From the NCBI GenBank assembly GCA_944383545.1, contig CALWPY010000003.1, forward strand, positions 175,698 through 239,697: a stretch of 64,000 nucleotides of DNA, in the 5' to 3' direction. This DNA comes from an uncultured Lachnospiraceae bacterium. GTDB taxonomy: Bacteria > Bacillota > Clostridia > Lachnospirales > Lachnospiraceae. The notes under the pieces were generated by a model, which saw only the letters and a list, made by a program, of their open reading frames with translations, was not told the origin of the DNA and made no database searches. Position numbers and translations under genes: made by a program. Shown in pieces: positions 9,202 through 18,952 of this stretch (positions are counted from its first letter, which is position 1; each line of letters starts with the position of its first letter).

Positions 9202-10626
9202 TTACACAGTTGCATGTTTCTTTACAGGTCTCTCTTCTCTTTTATTATAAAGCATTTCAAATGCAGCTATAACACGCTTTCTGGTTGCATCAGGCTCTAT
9301 TATATCATCTACATAGCCTCTCTTTGCAGCAGCTTCTGCACTTGACTGAATTTCAACATACTGCTTCTTTAAATCATTCATAAGGGCTTTCTTGTCTTCT
9401 GCTTCGGCAAGCTCTTTTTCATACATGATTTTAACAGCCATCTCAGCATCCATCATTCCTACCTTTGCCGTAGGCCATGCATAAACCATATCTGCGCCAA
9501 TTGCTTTAGAATTCATAACAGAATAAGCCGTTCCGAATGCATCACCTGTTATAAGGTTTACCTTAGGCACTGTTGCATCCGCAAAAGCAAATGTAAGCTT
9601 TGCAGCCGCTTTTGAAATTGTTCTTTCTTCGTATACCGTAGCAGCAAATCCCTTTACATTTGTAACTGAAAGTACAGGAATATTAAAGGCATCACAGAAA
9701 TTAACAAACTCTGCAGCTATATATGCACCGCCTGTTGTAAGGACATCTCCTCCGTCCTTTACCTGATTTGCCACACATCCGACTGTTGCTCCATTAAGTT
9801 TAATGAAACCTATTACCATACTCTTTGCATAATCCTTTTTAACTTCAAGGAAATAGTTATTATCAGAAATATTTTTTAAAATCTCTCTTGCATCATCTTT
9901 AATTGCATCGAGATTAGGAATAATTCTGTTCAAATCATCATTGCAGTCTGAAACAGCATCTTCCTCATTGTTTGATGGAAGTATATCAACAAGTGCTCTT
10001 ATCTGTCCAAGGACCTCAGCATCTGTATCAAATACTCCGTCAATAAGTGAAGTATTTTCACTTACATATGAAGCATCTGCCGTATCAAGTTTATCCTTAT
10101 AATTTTCTTCTAAAGTATTAGGGCTGTTTACAAATAACTTTGAGTCTCCGCGAGTCATGTAGGTGAAATCCGTAAGCGACGGAATTATTGCAGTTCCACC
10201 TCCACATGTTCCGAAAATAGCCGTTATCTGAGGTATAACGCCTGAAGCCATTGACTGCTTAAGATATAATTCTCCAAATGCATTTAAAGCATCTGTTGCC
10301 TCCTGCAGTCTTAAACCTGCACAGTCAATAAGACCAATTACAGGTGCTCCTACCTTCATAGCCATATCGTAAATTTTTGCAATCTTTTTTGCATGCATTT
10401 CACCAACTGAGCCGCCTAAAACCTTGGCATCCTGGCTATAAACATACACCAACTTACTGCCGATAACACCATAACCGGTAATAACGCCATCTCCCGGAGT
10501 ATCATTTTCCTGGATGTTGAAATCTGTGCTTCTGGCAGTTACATATGCACCGACTTCAACAAAACTTGAATCATCAAGTAAGGCTGCAATTCTCTCACTT
10601 GCTGACAAGCTAAGTTTGTTACTCAT
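9202..10626 (-). CDS. Acyl-CoA carboxyltransferase subunit (methylmalonyl-CoA decarboxylase alpha / 12S-like)
   Basis: Two-domain carboxyltransferase. The track ORF starts at 10662. I prefer the ATG at 10626 (MSNKLSLSASERI...) because a GGAGGA SD lies 7-8 nt upstream. Confidence 0.8.
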   Translation of the reverse strand: MSNKLSLSASERIAALLDDSSFVEVGAYVTARSTDFNIQENDTPGDGVITGYGVIGSKLVYVYSQDAKVLGGSVGEMHAKKIAKIYDMAMKVGAPVIGLIDCAGLRLQEATDALNAFGELYLKQSMASGVIPQITAIFGTCGGGTAIIPSLTDFTYMTRGDSKLFVNSPNTLEENYKDKLDTADASYVSENTSLIDGVFDTDAEVLGQIRALVDILPSNNEEDAVSDCNDDLNRIIPNLDAIKDDAREILKNISDNNYFLEVKKDYAKSMVIGFIKLNGATVGCVANQVKDGGDVLTTGGAYIAAEFVNFCDAFNIPVLSVTNVKGFAATVYEERTISKAAAKLTFAFADATVPKVNLITGDAFGTAYSVMNSKAIGADMVYAWPTAKVGMMDAEMAVKIMYEKELAEAEDKKALMNDLKKQYVEIQSSAEAAAKRGYVDDIIEPDATRKRVIAAFEMLYNKREERPVKKHATV

Positions 10627-10691
10627 ATCTAGTCCTCCATCTTTTATATTTTTAATTACCAAATTAAGGTAAACTAAATTACACCGATTTT

Positions 10692-10720
10692 ATTTTATTA
10701 CTTTTATCACTATATTTCAA
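10692..10720 (-). promoter_or_regulatory. Sigma-A-type promoter for the decarboxylase operon
   Basis: On the minus strand: TTGAAA (10720-10715), a 17-nt spacer, then TAAAAT (10697-10692). Confidence 0.5.
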
Positions 10721-10760
10721 CCTTTTTTCCAAATCTTAATTTTATTTAGAACTTCCAAAA

Positions 10761-10798
10761 AAAACAGGCATTATATTAAATAATTGCCTGCTTTTTTT
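10761..10798 (-). terminator. Intrinsic terminator after pgsA (bidirectional shape)
   Basis: CAGGCA (10765-10770) pairs with TGCCTG (10785-10790) and the stem extends by 3 bp. It is flanked by an A-run and a T-run. Confidence 0.7.
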
Positions 10799-10838
10799 AA
10801 TATTATGCACATATAATCAATTTAAATACACAACAGAT

Positions 10839-11378
10839 TTATTTGTAGTCAGAGATTACTTCTTTATTTTTAACAATATAATCAATAAGCGAAATAACGG
10901 TTAATATAAGAGCTGCATAAAGCAGGACATTTTCTATAACCGAAACAACTTTTCCTCCGAAATCTGCTATAAAAACTATAACCATTATCATCTGGACAAT
11001 AGTCTTTATCTTGCCCCACCAGCTGGCCGCAATTACTACTCCATTATCCGAAGCAACAAGTCTGAATCCGCTGATTATAAACTCTCTTGCTATAATTACA
11101 ATAACAATCCATGACGGAATCCTTCCCATTCCTACAAATGCTATTAATGCCGAGTCTACAAGCAGCTTGTCTGCAAGTGGGTCCATAAACTTTCCGAAGT
11201 CAGTTATAAGGTTGTCCCGCCTTGCAATATATCCGTCTAAGGTATCGGTAAGACTCGCAATGACAAAAACAAAAAGTGCAATCCACTTTCCTGCCGGTAT
11301 TCCCGGTACAAGAAGAAAGATAAGGAATACTGGTATAAGACATACTCTTAAAATTGTAAGTTTATTTGGTAAATTCAT
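10839..11378 (-). CDS. pgsA: CDP-diacylglycerol--glycerol-3-phosphate 3-phosphatidyltransferase
   Basis: CDP-alcohol phosphatidyltransferase motif DTLDGYIARR...GKFMDPLADK. A 4-nt overlap with rimO suggests translational coupling. Confidence 0.9.
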   Translation of the reverse strand: MNLPNKLTILRVCLIPVFLIFLLVPGIPAGKWIALFVFVIASLTDTLDGYIARRDNLITDFGKFMDPLADKLLVDSALIAFVGMGRIPSWIVIVIIAREFIISGFRLVASDNGVVIAASWWGKIKTIVQMIMVIVFIADFGGKVVSVIENVLLYAALILTVISLIDYIVKNKEVISDYK

Positions 11379-12724
11379 TCTACTATTTCTCCTATCAAAT
11401 CATATTCGGATGCATCCGTAACAAGTACATTTACAATGCTTCCTGACATAAGCTCATAATCACATTTTACAAAGACCATCCCGTCAACATTTGGAGCATC
11501 CCTGTAAGACCTTGCCGCATATATATCTTCATCCGGTATATATCCTTCAATAATTACATCGAGATTTTTTCCTATAAAACTCTCATTTTTATCATAGGAT
11601 ATCTCCTGTTGGAGCTCCATAATTTCTGCCCTGTATTTTTCCTTTTTTTCCTCAGGCACCTGTTCAGGCATATTTGCGGCAGGTGTGCCGTCTTCAGCTG
11701 AATATGTAAATACTCCCAGTCTGTCAAACTCAACTTCATTTATAAATTCCATAAGAGCCTCATGGTCTTTATCCGTTTCACCCGGAAAACCTGCTATAAA
11801 TGTTGTTCTTATAGCTATATCGGGAACTTTTGCTTTAAGCTTTGAAATAACCTCTTTTATATGTTCCTTATCTGTTTTTCTTCCCATTCTTTTAAGAATG
11901 TTTGTCTCCGAATGCTGAAGAGGCATATCTATATAATGACAAACCTTATTGTTTTCCGCAATCTCTGAAATAAGCTCATCATATATTTCCTCAGGATAGC
12001 AATAAAGAAGTCTTATCCATTCTATTCCGGGAATTTCGGATATTTTATGTATCAGCTCATGCAGACATTTTTTACCATAAATATCTGTTCCGTAACAGGT
12101 TGTTTCCTGTGCCACTATGACAATTTCCTTAATACCGTCTTCTGCCATATCCTGTGCCTGCTTTAAAAGCTTTTCCATTGGTATACTTCTGTATTTCCCT
12201 CTTATATGAGGTATTATACAGTAGGTACAGTACTTACTGCATCCCTCGGCAATTTTAAGATATGCCATATATGTACCTGATGTAATTATCCTTCTTGCCT
12301 TAATGTCCGGAAGATAATTTTTATCACAGAATTCCATAATTGGAGCAAAGTTATCAGAACTTGTTTCAATTCTTTCATCCAGCGCTTCAATTACCTTTAT
12401 AATCCTGTCAAAACTTGTAGTACCTAAAAATGCATCGACCTCAGGCATTTCCTCTGCAATTTCATTCTTAAACCGTTCGCTAAGGCATCCTGCAACTATA
12501 AGATATTTCAGATTTTTCTTTTTTAGCTCTGCCATCTCGAAAATGGTAGTTATGCTCTCTTCCATTGCATCTTTAATAAATGAACAGGTATTTATTATCA
12601 CAATGTCAGCTTCGTTTTCGTCATTTGTAATCCCGTAACCGCTTTCATTAATCAGCCCGAGCATTTCTTCACTGTCGCAGAGATTTTTGTCGCATCCCAG
12701 AGATACCATTAAAATCTTATACAT
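11375..12724 (-). CDS. rimO: Ribosomal protein S12 methylthiotransferase RimO
   Basis: N-terminal UPF0004 cysteines (LGCDKN), a radical-SAM CSKYCTYC motif and a C-terminal TRAM domain. Confidence 0.85.
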   Translation of the reverse strand: MYKILMVSLGCDKNLCDSEEMLGLINESGYGITNDENEADIVIINTCSFIKDAMEESITTIFEMAELKKKNLKYLIVAGCLSERFKNEIAEEMPEVDAFLGTTSFDRIIKVIEALDERIETSSDNFAPIMEFCDKNYLPDIKARRIITSGTYMAYLKIAEGCSKYCTYCIIPHIRGKYRSIPMEKLLKQAQDMAEDGIKEIVIVAQETTCYGTDIYGKKCLHELIHKISEIPGIEWIRLLYCYPEEIYDELISEIAENNKVCHYIDMPLQHSETNILKRMGRKTDKEHIKEVISKLKAKVPDIAIRTTFIAGFPGETDKDHEALMEFINEVEFDRLGVFTYSAEDGTPAANMPEQVPEEKKEKYRAEIMELQQEISYDKNESFIGKNLDVIIEGYIPDEDIYAARSYRDAPNVDGMVFVKCDYELMSGSIVNVLVTDASEYDLIGEIVE

Positions 12725-12733
12725 ATCTGTCCT

Positions 12734-13579
12734 CTATTCATTCATTATCGCCGCTTCTACACAGTTATTCATAAGCATTGCAATAGTCATGGGACCTACT
12801 CCTCCCGGTACAGGAGTGATTTTTCCTGCCACCTTGGAAACTGAATCAAAATCCACATCTCCGCACAGCTTATTATTTTCATTTCTGTGTATACCTACGT
12901 CAATTACGGCTGCTCCTTCCTTTACATATGAAGCATCTATCATCTTAGGTTTTCCTATTGCCACAACAAGTATATCTGCTCTTTTGCATATTTCTTTAAG
13001 ATTTTTTGTCCTGGAATGGCATACCGTAACAGTTGCATTTTCTCTAAGTAAAAGCATCGCCATAGGCTTTCCCACTATATTGCTTCTTCCGATAACAACA
13101 CATTCTTTTCCTTCTATTTCTATATCAGAACGCTTAAGAAGCTCTATTATTCCTGCAGGAGTACAAGATACAAAACCTCTCTGACCTATGCTTAATCTTC
13201 CTACGCTTTCAGGATGAAATCCGTCCACATCCTTATCAGGTGAAATTCTTTTAATTACAGTATCCTCATCTATGTGTTTCGGAAGAGGAAGCTGTACCAG
13301 TATACCGTTAATGGCACTGTCTGAATTAAGTCTGTCAATAAGAGAAATAAGCTCTTCCTCTGTGGTCTCCTCAGGAAGTTCATATGAAACTGAGTTTATA
13401 CCCACATACTCACATGCTTTCTTCTTATTTCCAACATATACAGTAGAAGCAGTATCATTTCCCACCTGGATTACGGCAAGACATATCTCTATTCCTTCTT
13501 TTTTAAGTGCCGCAACCTTCTCTTTTAACTCATCCTTAATCTGTTTACTTATCACTTTACCGTCAATTAAATCTGCCAT
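12734..13579 (-). CDS. folD: Bifunctional methylenetetrahydrofolate dehydrogenase/cyclohydrolase
   Basis: [14 protein letters not shown] and PGGVGPMT motifs. It lies next to fhs. Confidence 0.95.
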   Translation of the reverse strand: MADLIDGKVISKQIKDELKEKVAALKKEGIEICLAVIQVGNDTASTVYVGNKKKACEYVGINSVSYELPEETTEEELISLIDRLNSDSAINGILVQLPLPKHIDEDTVIKRISPDKDVDGFHPESVGRLSIGQRGFVSCTPAGIIELLKRSDIEIEGKECVVIGRSNIVGKPMAMLLLRENATVTVCHSRTKNLKEICKRADILVVAIGKPKMIDASYVKEGAAVIDVGIHRNENNKLCGDVDFDSVSKVAGKITPVPGGVGPMTIAMLMNNCVEAAIMNE

Positions 13580-13596
13580 TCTTATCCTCCTTATAA

Positions 13597-15264
13597 TTAA
13601 AACAGTCCTACTATAGAATCATCAACCACATCAATATTTTCTGCCGCAGGTATCTTCGGAAGTCCCGGCATGGTCATGATAGTTCCTGTAATGGCAACAA
13701 CAAAGCCCGCTCCCGCTGATACATAAATTTCTCTTATATTAATGTTAAATCCTTCCGGACGTCCTAACTTTTTAGGATCATCAGAAAGAGAATACTGATT
13801 TTTAGCTATACATACCGGCAGTTTTCCAAAGCCCATATCATTAATCTTATCAAGTGCCTTTAAGGCCTCAGGTGAATAAGTGACATCATCTGCTCCATAA
13901 ATTTTAGTGGCAATTTCCTTGATTTTATCTTTTATACTTAAGGAATCATCATACAATGGTTTAAATTCGGATTTTTTATTTTCTATTGTTTCCAAGACAG
14001 CGTTTGCAAGATTAATTCCGCCTTCTCCGCCTTTCTCCCAAACCTTTGCCACGGTGCACATGCATCCTCTTTCTTCACAATACTGCTTTACAAATTCAAT
14101 CTCTTTTTCGGTATCTGTTATAAAGTTATTTAAGGTAACAACTATTGGTACTCCATAAAGTTTAAGGTTTTCTATATGCTTTCCGAGATTGCAGATACCT
14201 GCTTCAAGAGCCTCAAGATTTTCCTGTGAAAGTGCAGCCTTTGGAACTCCTCCGTTATATTTTAAAGCTCTTACTGTTGCAACAAGCACTACTGCATCAG
14301 GCTTAAGCCCTGACATACGGCATTTAATGTCAAAGAATTTTTCCGCACCCAGATCAGCTCCGAAACCTGCTTCAGTAATTACATAATCTGCTATTTTAAG
14401 TGCAGTTTTTGTAGCACGCACAGAGTTACATCCATGTGCAATATTTGCAAACGGTCCGCCATGTACTATTGCAGGTGTGTTTTCCAGAGTCTGTATAAGA
14501 TTCGGTTTTATGGCTTCCTTAAGCAAAGCCGTCATTGCACCAACTGCCTTTAAATCAGCAGCTGTTACAGGCTCATTGTCATAATTATAAGCCACAATTA
14601 TTTTTGACAATCTGTTCTTTAAATCCTCTATATCATCTGCGAGACAGAGTATTGCCATGATTTCAGATGCAACGGTTATGATAAAATGGTCTTCCCTTAC
14701 CACACCGTCAGTCTTTTTCCCAAGTCCTATAACAATATTTCTAAGTGCCCTGTCATTCATGTCAAGACATCTTTTAAATACAATTCTTTTTGTATCTATT
14801 CCGAGCTTATTGCCCTGCTGTATATGATTATCAAGCATGGCAGCAAGTAAATTGTTGGCTGAAGTAATGGCATGAAAATCGCCCGTAAAATGAAGGTTTA
14901 AGTTTTCCATAGGCACTACCTGTGAATAACCTCCGCCTGCGGCACCGCCTTTTATTCCAAAGCACGGACCAAGTGACGGCTCCCTGAGTGCAATTACAGA
15001 TTTTTTTCCAAGGCGGCTCATAGCCTGACCCAGTCCGATAGTGACTGTGGTCTTTCCCTCGCCTGCCGGTGTAGGATTAATGGCTGTTACCAGAATAAGT
15101 TTTCCGTCCTTATTATCCTTCACTTTTTCAATCAGCTCATCGGAAAGCTTTGCCATGTATTTACCATACATTTCAATATCATCTTCCGAAATGCCAAGTT
15201 TTGCGGCAATCTCCTTAATGTTCTTCATTTCTGCCTTCTGCGCAATTTCAATATCTGTGAGCAT
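13597..15264 (-). CDS. fhs: Formate--tetrahydrofolate ligase
   Basis: [10 protein letters not shown] nucleotide loop. At 555 aa it aligns by eye to FTHFS along its full length. Confidence 0.95.
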   Translation of the reverse strand: MLTDIEIAQKAEMKNIKEIAAKLGISEDDIEMYGKYMAKLSDELIEKVKDNKDGKLILVTAINPTPAGEGKTTVTIGLGQAMSRLGKKSVIALREPSLGPCFGIKGGAAGGGYSQVVPMENLNLHFTGDFHAITSANNLLAAMLDNHIQQGNKLGIDTKRIVFKRCLDMNDRALRNIVIGLGKKTDGVVREDHFIITVASEIMAILCLADDIEDLKNRLSKIIVAYNYDNEPVTAADLKAVGAMTALLKEAIKPNLIQTLENTPAIVHGGPFANIAHGCNSVRATKTALKIADYVITEAGFGADLGAEKFFDIKCRMSGLKPDAVVLVATVRALKYNGGVPKAALSQENLEALEAGICNLGKHIENLKLYGVPIVVTLNNFITDTEKEIEFVKQYCEERGCMCTVAKVWEKGGEGGINLANAVLETIENKKSEFKPLYDDSLSIKDKIKEIATKIYGADDVTYSPEALKALDKINDMGFGKLPVCIAKNQYSLSDDPKKLGRPEGFNINIREIYVSAGAGFVVAITGTIMTMPGLPKIPAAENIDVVDDSIVGLF

Positions 15265-15317
15265 AATTTTCTCCTTATTTATTGTATTTTATATTTTTAC
15301 ATATTGCCATTTAATTA

Positions 15318-17921
15318 TCATGCACTCATATATGTATCAAATTCGTCCATACTCATGAGTATTTTTCTTGGTTTAGTACCCTCTTCAGGCCCTACCACTC
15401 CTGCCTCATAAAGCTGGTCCATAATTCTTGCAGCCCTGTTAAAGCCTATTTTAAATACACGCTGTAACATACCTATGGATGCTTTATCCTTTTCTATGAT
15501 AAATCTTGCGGCATCTTCAAAATACTCGTCATATCCGTTCTTAGTGCCTGATGCAGTCTGAGAACTGCCTGAGCCTGCCGAAGCTGTTTCAATGGATTTA
15601 TTTATATCTTCATCATAGCTTATTTCTCCACACTGTTTCTTTATGTAATTAACTACCGAAAGTACTTCTTCATCTGATACAAATGCTCCCTGTACCCTGA
15701 CAGGCTTCGGATATCCCGTAGGGTAAAACAGCATATCTCCCTTTCCGAGAAGTTTTTCAGCACCGTTCATGTCGAGTATAGTTCTGGAATCCACACCTGA
15801 AGATACTGCAAAAGCAATTCTTGAAGGTACATTGGCTTTAATAAGTCCGGTTATTACATCTACAGACGGTCTCTGTGTAGCTATTACAAGATGTATTCCT
15901 GCTGCCCTTGCAAGCTGGGAAAGACGTACTATTGCATCTTCAACCTCACCGTGGGCAACCATCATAAGGTCAGCAAGCTCGTCTACAATAACAACTATCT
16001 GAGGCATCTTTTTAAGTTCTTCATCCGACACCTCACCGGTCTCAAGTACCTCTTCTACCTTTTTATTATAACCTGCAATATTTCTGACATTATACTGTGC
16101 AAAGAGCTTATATCTGTTAGTCATTTCCATAACAGCCCAGTTAAGAGCTCCCGCCGCCTTTTTAGGGTCGGTTACAACAGGTATTAAAAGATGCGGTATA
16201 CCGTTATAAGCCGTAAGCTCTACCATTTTAGGGTCTATCATTATAAGCTTTACTTCATCAGGATTAGCCTTATATAAAATACTCATGATAAGAGTGTTTA
16301 TACATACGGATTTTCCCGAGCCTGTTGCTCCTGCTATAAGAAGATGGGGCATCTTTGCTATATCCGTAACTACTACCTGACCACTGATATCCTTACCTAC
16401 CGCAAAAGATATTTTTGACGGAAACTTCATAAAGATGTCATTATCAATTAAGTCCCTGAAATATACCGTCTGATTTTCTTTATTCGGAACTTCTATTCCT
16501 ATTGCAGCCTTTCCCGGTATTGGAGCTTCAATTCTTATATCCGCTGCTGCAAGATTTAACTTAATATCATCTGCAAGGCCAAGTATTTTACTTACCTTCA
16601 CACCCTGCTCAGGCTGCATTTCGTAACGTGTTACGGCAGGTCCGCAGCTGTAATCGGTTATTGTAACATTTACGCCAAAGCTTTCCAGTGTGGATTTAAG
16701 TTTCATTGCAGTTTCCCGTACTGAAGCATCACTGTTTTTCTCTGACTTTTTCCTTCCCGATTTAAGCAGATTTACAGGAGGAAGTTTATATTTCTTTATG
16801 GAATTATCTTTAACTTTAATATTCCCGGTACTTTCATCAGTCTTGGCAATACCGGTATTTTTTGATGAGGTTTTTTCTGAAACCGTATAATTACCGGAAT
16901 CCATATTGTCAAAACTGTAAGAGTCATCCATGTTTGAATAACTGTCATTTTCAATCGGTATTTTTTCCGGTTTTAACTCTGTTACATTTAAATCAGTTTC
17001 TTCTTTAACCCTGGTCTTTCTTTTCCTTTTAGGATTCTCTATCATGTTTTCTATATCTGATAAATCAGAATTTTCAGATTCTTTTTCATCATCAAACATA
17101 AAGAAATCCATTGACGCATCTTTATCAGGCTTAAGCTCATGAATTTCTTCATCTTCAACACGCACATTTTTTCTTTTCCCTGAGGATTTTCCGTTTTTTG
17201 ATACCTCTTTCGTATCATCATCCGCATATACTTTTATACTTCCCAGTACATTCTTTCTTCGTCCTGTTTTAACCTCATTTTGAGGTATACTGTTTTCGTA
17301 AGTATCATCATCATAATCATCATCCCTGCCGAATGACACAGAAAAGAATTTTTTAATAATATCAATCAAGGATATATCAAGGACCATTATAATATCAATA
17401 ATGCAAAGAAGCACAGTGATAATAACGGTACCTGCCGTACCAATCAGTCCATGCATAAACACAATAAATCCTCCGAAGATAACACCGCCTCCCTGTCTGG
17501 AATCAGCCCCCAGATTATAAAGGCTCTTTGCCGTCATCTCTTCAGTACCGGAAAGAAGCTGGCAGATAAATGCCATTGTCATAAGGCATATTCCCAGCCA
17601 GATAACTTTTTTTACTACTTTTCTTTTAAAATTATTCGCAAGTAAAAAAGCTGCAGAAAGAAATATATAAAAAGGTATAATATAATTTATAGTTCCAAAA
17701 ACACCGAAAAAGAAGTTTGAAACAGTTTCTCCTACAATTCCGCAGATACCTATGTTACTGCATATGAGAAATACCGAAAATGCCAGATATACAAAAAGCA
17801 GTATTTCCCTCGTGCGGCCTTTATCTGCATTAGTTTTATTATATGTACTCTTTGATTTATTATTTGTTTTCTTATTAGAAGTCTTTTTACTGCCTGACTT
17901 ACTGTTTGACCTTGCAGCCAT
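15318..17921 (-). CDS. ftsK: DNA translocase FtsK/SpoIIIE
   Basis: N-terminal TM segments and a long low-complexity linker. The motor has Walker A GATGSGKSV and Walker B VDELADLM. A C-terminal gamma winged-helix domain follows. Confidence 0.95.
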   Translation of the reverse strand: MAARSNSKSGSKKTSNKKTNNKSKSTYNKTNADKGRTREILLFVYLAFSVFLICSNIGICGIVGETVSNFFFGVFGTINYIIPFYIFLSAAFLLANNFKRKVVKKVIWLGICLMTMAFICQLLSGTEEMTAKSLYNLGADSRQGGGVIFGGFIVFMHGLIGTAGTVIITVLLCIIDIIMVLDISLIDIIKKFFSVSFGRDDDYDDDTYENSIPQNEVKTGRRKNVLGSIKVYADDDTKEVSKNGKSSGKRKNVRVEDEEIHELKPDKDASMDFFMFDDEKESENSDLSDIENMIENPKRKRKTRVKEETDLNVTELKPEKIPIENDSYSNMDDSYSFDNMDSGNYTVSEKTSSKNTGIAKTDESTGNIKVKDNSIKKYKLPPVNLLKSGRKKSEKNSDASVRETAMKLKSTLESFGVNVTITDYSCGPAVTRYEMQPEQGVKVSKILGLADDIKLNLAAADIRIEAPIPGKAAIGIEVPNKENQTVYFRDLIDNDIFMKFPSKISFAVGKDISGQVVVTDIAKMPHLLIAGATGSGKSVCINTLIMSILYKANPDEVKLIMIDPKMVELTAYNGIPHLLIPVVTDPKKAAGALNWAVMEMTNRYKLFAQYNVRNIAGYNKKVEEVLETGEVSDEELKKMPQIVVIVDELADLMMVAHGEVEDAIVRLSQLARAAGIHLVIATQRPSVDVITGLIKANVPSRIAFAVSSGVDSRTILDMNGAEKLLGKGDMLFYPTGYPKPVRVQGAFVSDEEVLSVVNYIKKQCGEISYDEDINKSIETASAGSGSSQTASGTKNGYDEYFEDAARFIIEKDKASIGMLQRVFKIGFNRAARIMDQLYEAGVVGPEEGTKPRKILMSMDEFDTYMSA

Positions 17922-17976
17922 GTATACGCTCCTCTCGTAATTAATTCCGATTGATTAAAAAATATTACTGCATACT

Positions 17977-18003
17977 GCGCATTATATATAAAATATAATG
18001 CGC
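17977..18003 (-). terminator. Hairpin downstream of tepA
   Basis: 11-bp stem GCGCATTATAT / ATATAATGCGC with a 5-nt loop. Confidence 0.55.
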
Positions 18004-18018
18004 CTCACGCAATATATA

Positions 18019-18852
18019 TTAATCCTCAGAATACTCATACGAATTCATTTTACTATTTTTCCTGTTATTTATCAAGTTATATAAATAATTAAGTGCACTG
18101 TTAATACCGCCTACACGGTCTATTATTCCCTTGTCTACAGCCTCTTTACCTATTAACACCGAGCCTATATCCTTAGTAAGTTCCTTTGTATTAAACATTA
18201 TTTTTCTTAAGTTTTCTTCTGTAACGGATGCATGGGTTGCCGTAAATTCTATTATTCTGTCCTGCATTCTTTCAATATACTCATAGTTCTGTTTAACTCC
18301 AAGCACGGTACCGTTCATTCTTATAGGATGCACCACCATTGTTGCGGAAGGAACAATAAAAGAACAGTCACCGGATACTGCAAGAGGAACTCCTATGGAA
18401 TGTCCGCCTCCCAGAACAAGAGTAACAACAGGTTTACTTAAAGAAGCTATCATTTCCGCTATGGCAAGTCCTGCCTCCACATCTCCGCCAAGAGTATTTA
18501 ACATTACAAGAACACCGTCTATCATCATATCGTCTTCAACAAGAGCAAGCTGAGGCAGAATATGTTCATATTTACTGGTCTTTGCTCCGGCTCCAAGACA
18601 GTCATGCCCCTCAATTTCACCGATTATATTAAGCAGGTGGATATTATAATGGAATTTATTATTAGATAATGTTATCTGTCCATAATCCTTTATAATGTCA
18701 CCTTTCCTCTGTTCCCTGTCCAGTTTGTTTTTTACATCATCATCTTCATTTTTTATACTTCCCGCTGAGCCTGTCGCGGCCGTTTCATTAATAAGAGGTA
18801 CCGGATATCCTGTTTTATTGGATACATAATATAAATCTGTTATTCCACGCAT
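18019..18852 (-). CDS. tepA: ClpP-fold protein, TepA-like (translocation-enhancing protein family)
   Basis: ClpP/crotonase-like core (IIGEIEGHD..., LNTLGGDVEAGLAI, GGGHSIG). The length and N-terminal extension match the TepA/YmfB type. Confidence 0.7.
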   Translation of the reverse strand: MRGITDLYYVSNKTGYPVPLINETAATGSAGSIKNEDDDVKNKLDREQRKGDIIKDYGQITLSNNKFHYNIHLLNIIGEIEGHDCLGAGAKTSKYEHILPQLALVEDDMMIDGVLVMLNTLGGDVEAGLAIAEMIASLSKPVVTLVLGGGHSIGVPLAVSGDCSFIVPSATMVVHPIRMNGTVLGVKQNYEYIERMQDRIIEFTATHASVTEENLRKIMFNTKELTKDIGSVLIGKEAVDKGIIDRVGGINSALNYLYNLINNRKNSKMNSYEYSED

Positions 18853-18854
18853 AA

Positions 18855-18946
18855 AAAATCTCCCTCACTTTACACTTAAAGTTTCTTCGTACATAAAGAT
18901 ACATTATCCGAAGATTATTTATACTATGTGTAAATCGGGGAGATTT
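18855..18946 (-). promoter_or_regulatory. Long imperfect hairpin between the GT2 gene and tepA; its 3' arm contains the tepA SD
   Basis: The arms 18855-18875 and 18928-18946 pair (AAATCTCCC..TTTACAC / GTGTAAA..GGGGAGATTT). An inner TCTTCG/CGAAGA hairpin is present. On the minus strand the 3' arm reads GAGGGAGAUUUUUU and runs directly into the AUG at 18852. Confidence 0.5.
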
Positions 18947-18952
18947 AATTCA

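Noticed and set aside
12687-13184. 165-aa plus-strand ORF, one of many 60-165-aa ORFs in the track lying antisense to long conserved genes. Others include 3176-3388, 4274-4630, 6800-7147, 11011-11421, 29265-29597, 48521-48976 and 60801-61229.
   Set aside because: Each lies entirely inside a confidently identified gene on the other strand. None has an SD. Their low-complexity S/I/L/F-rich translations are typical of the antisense frame of AT-rich coding DNA.
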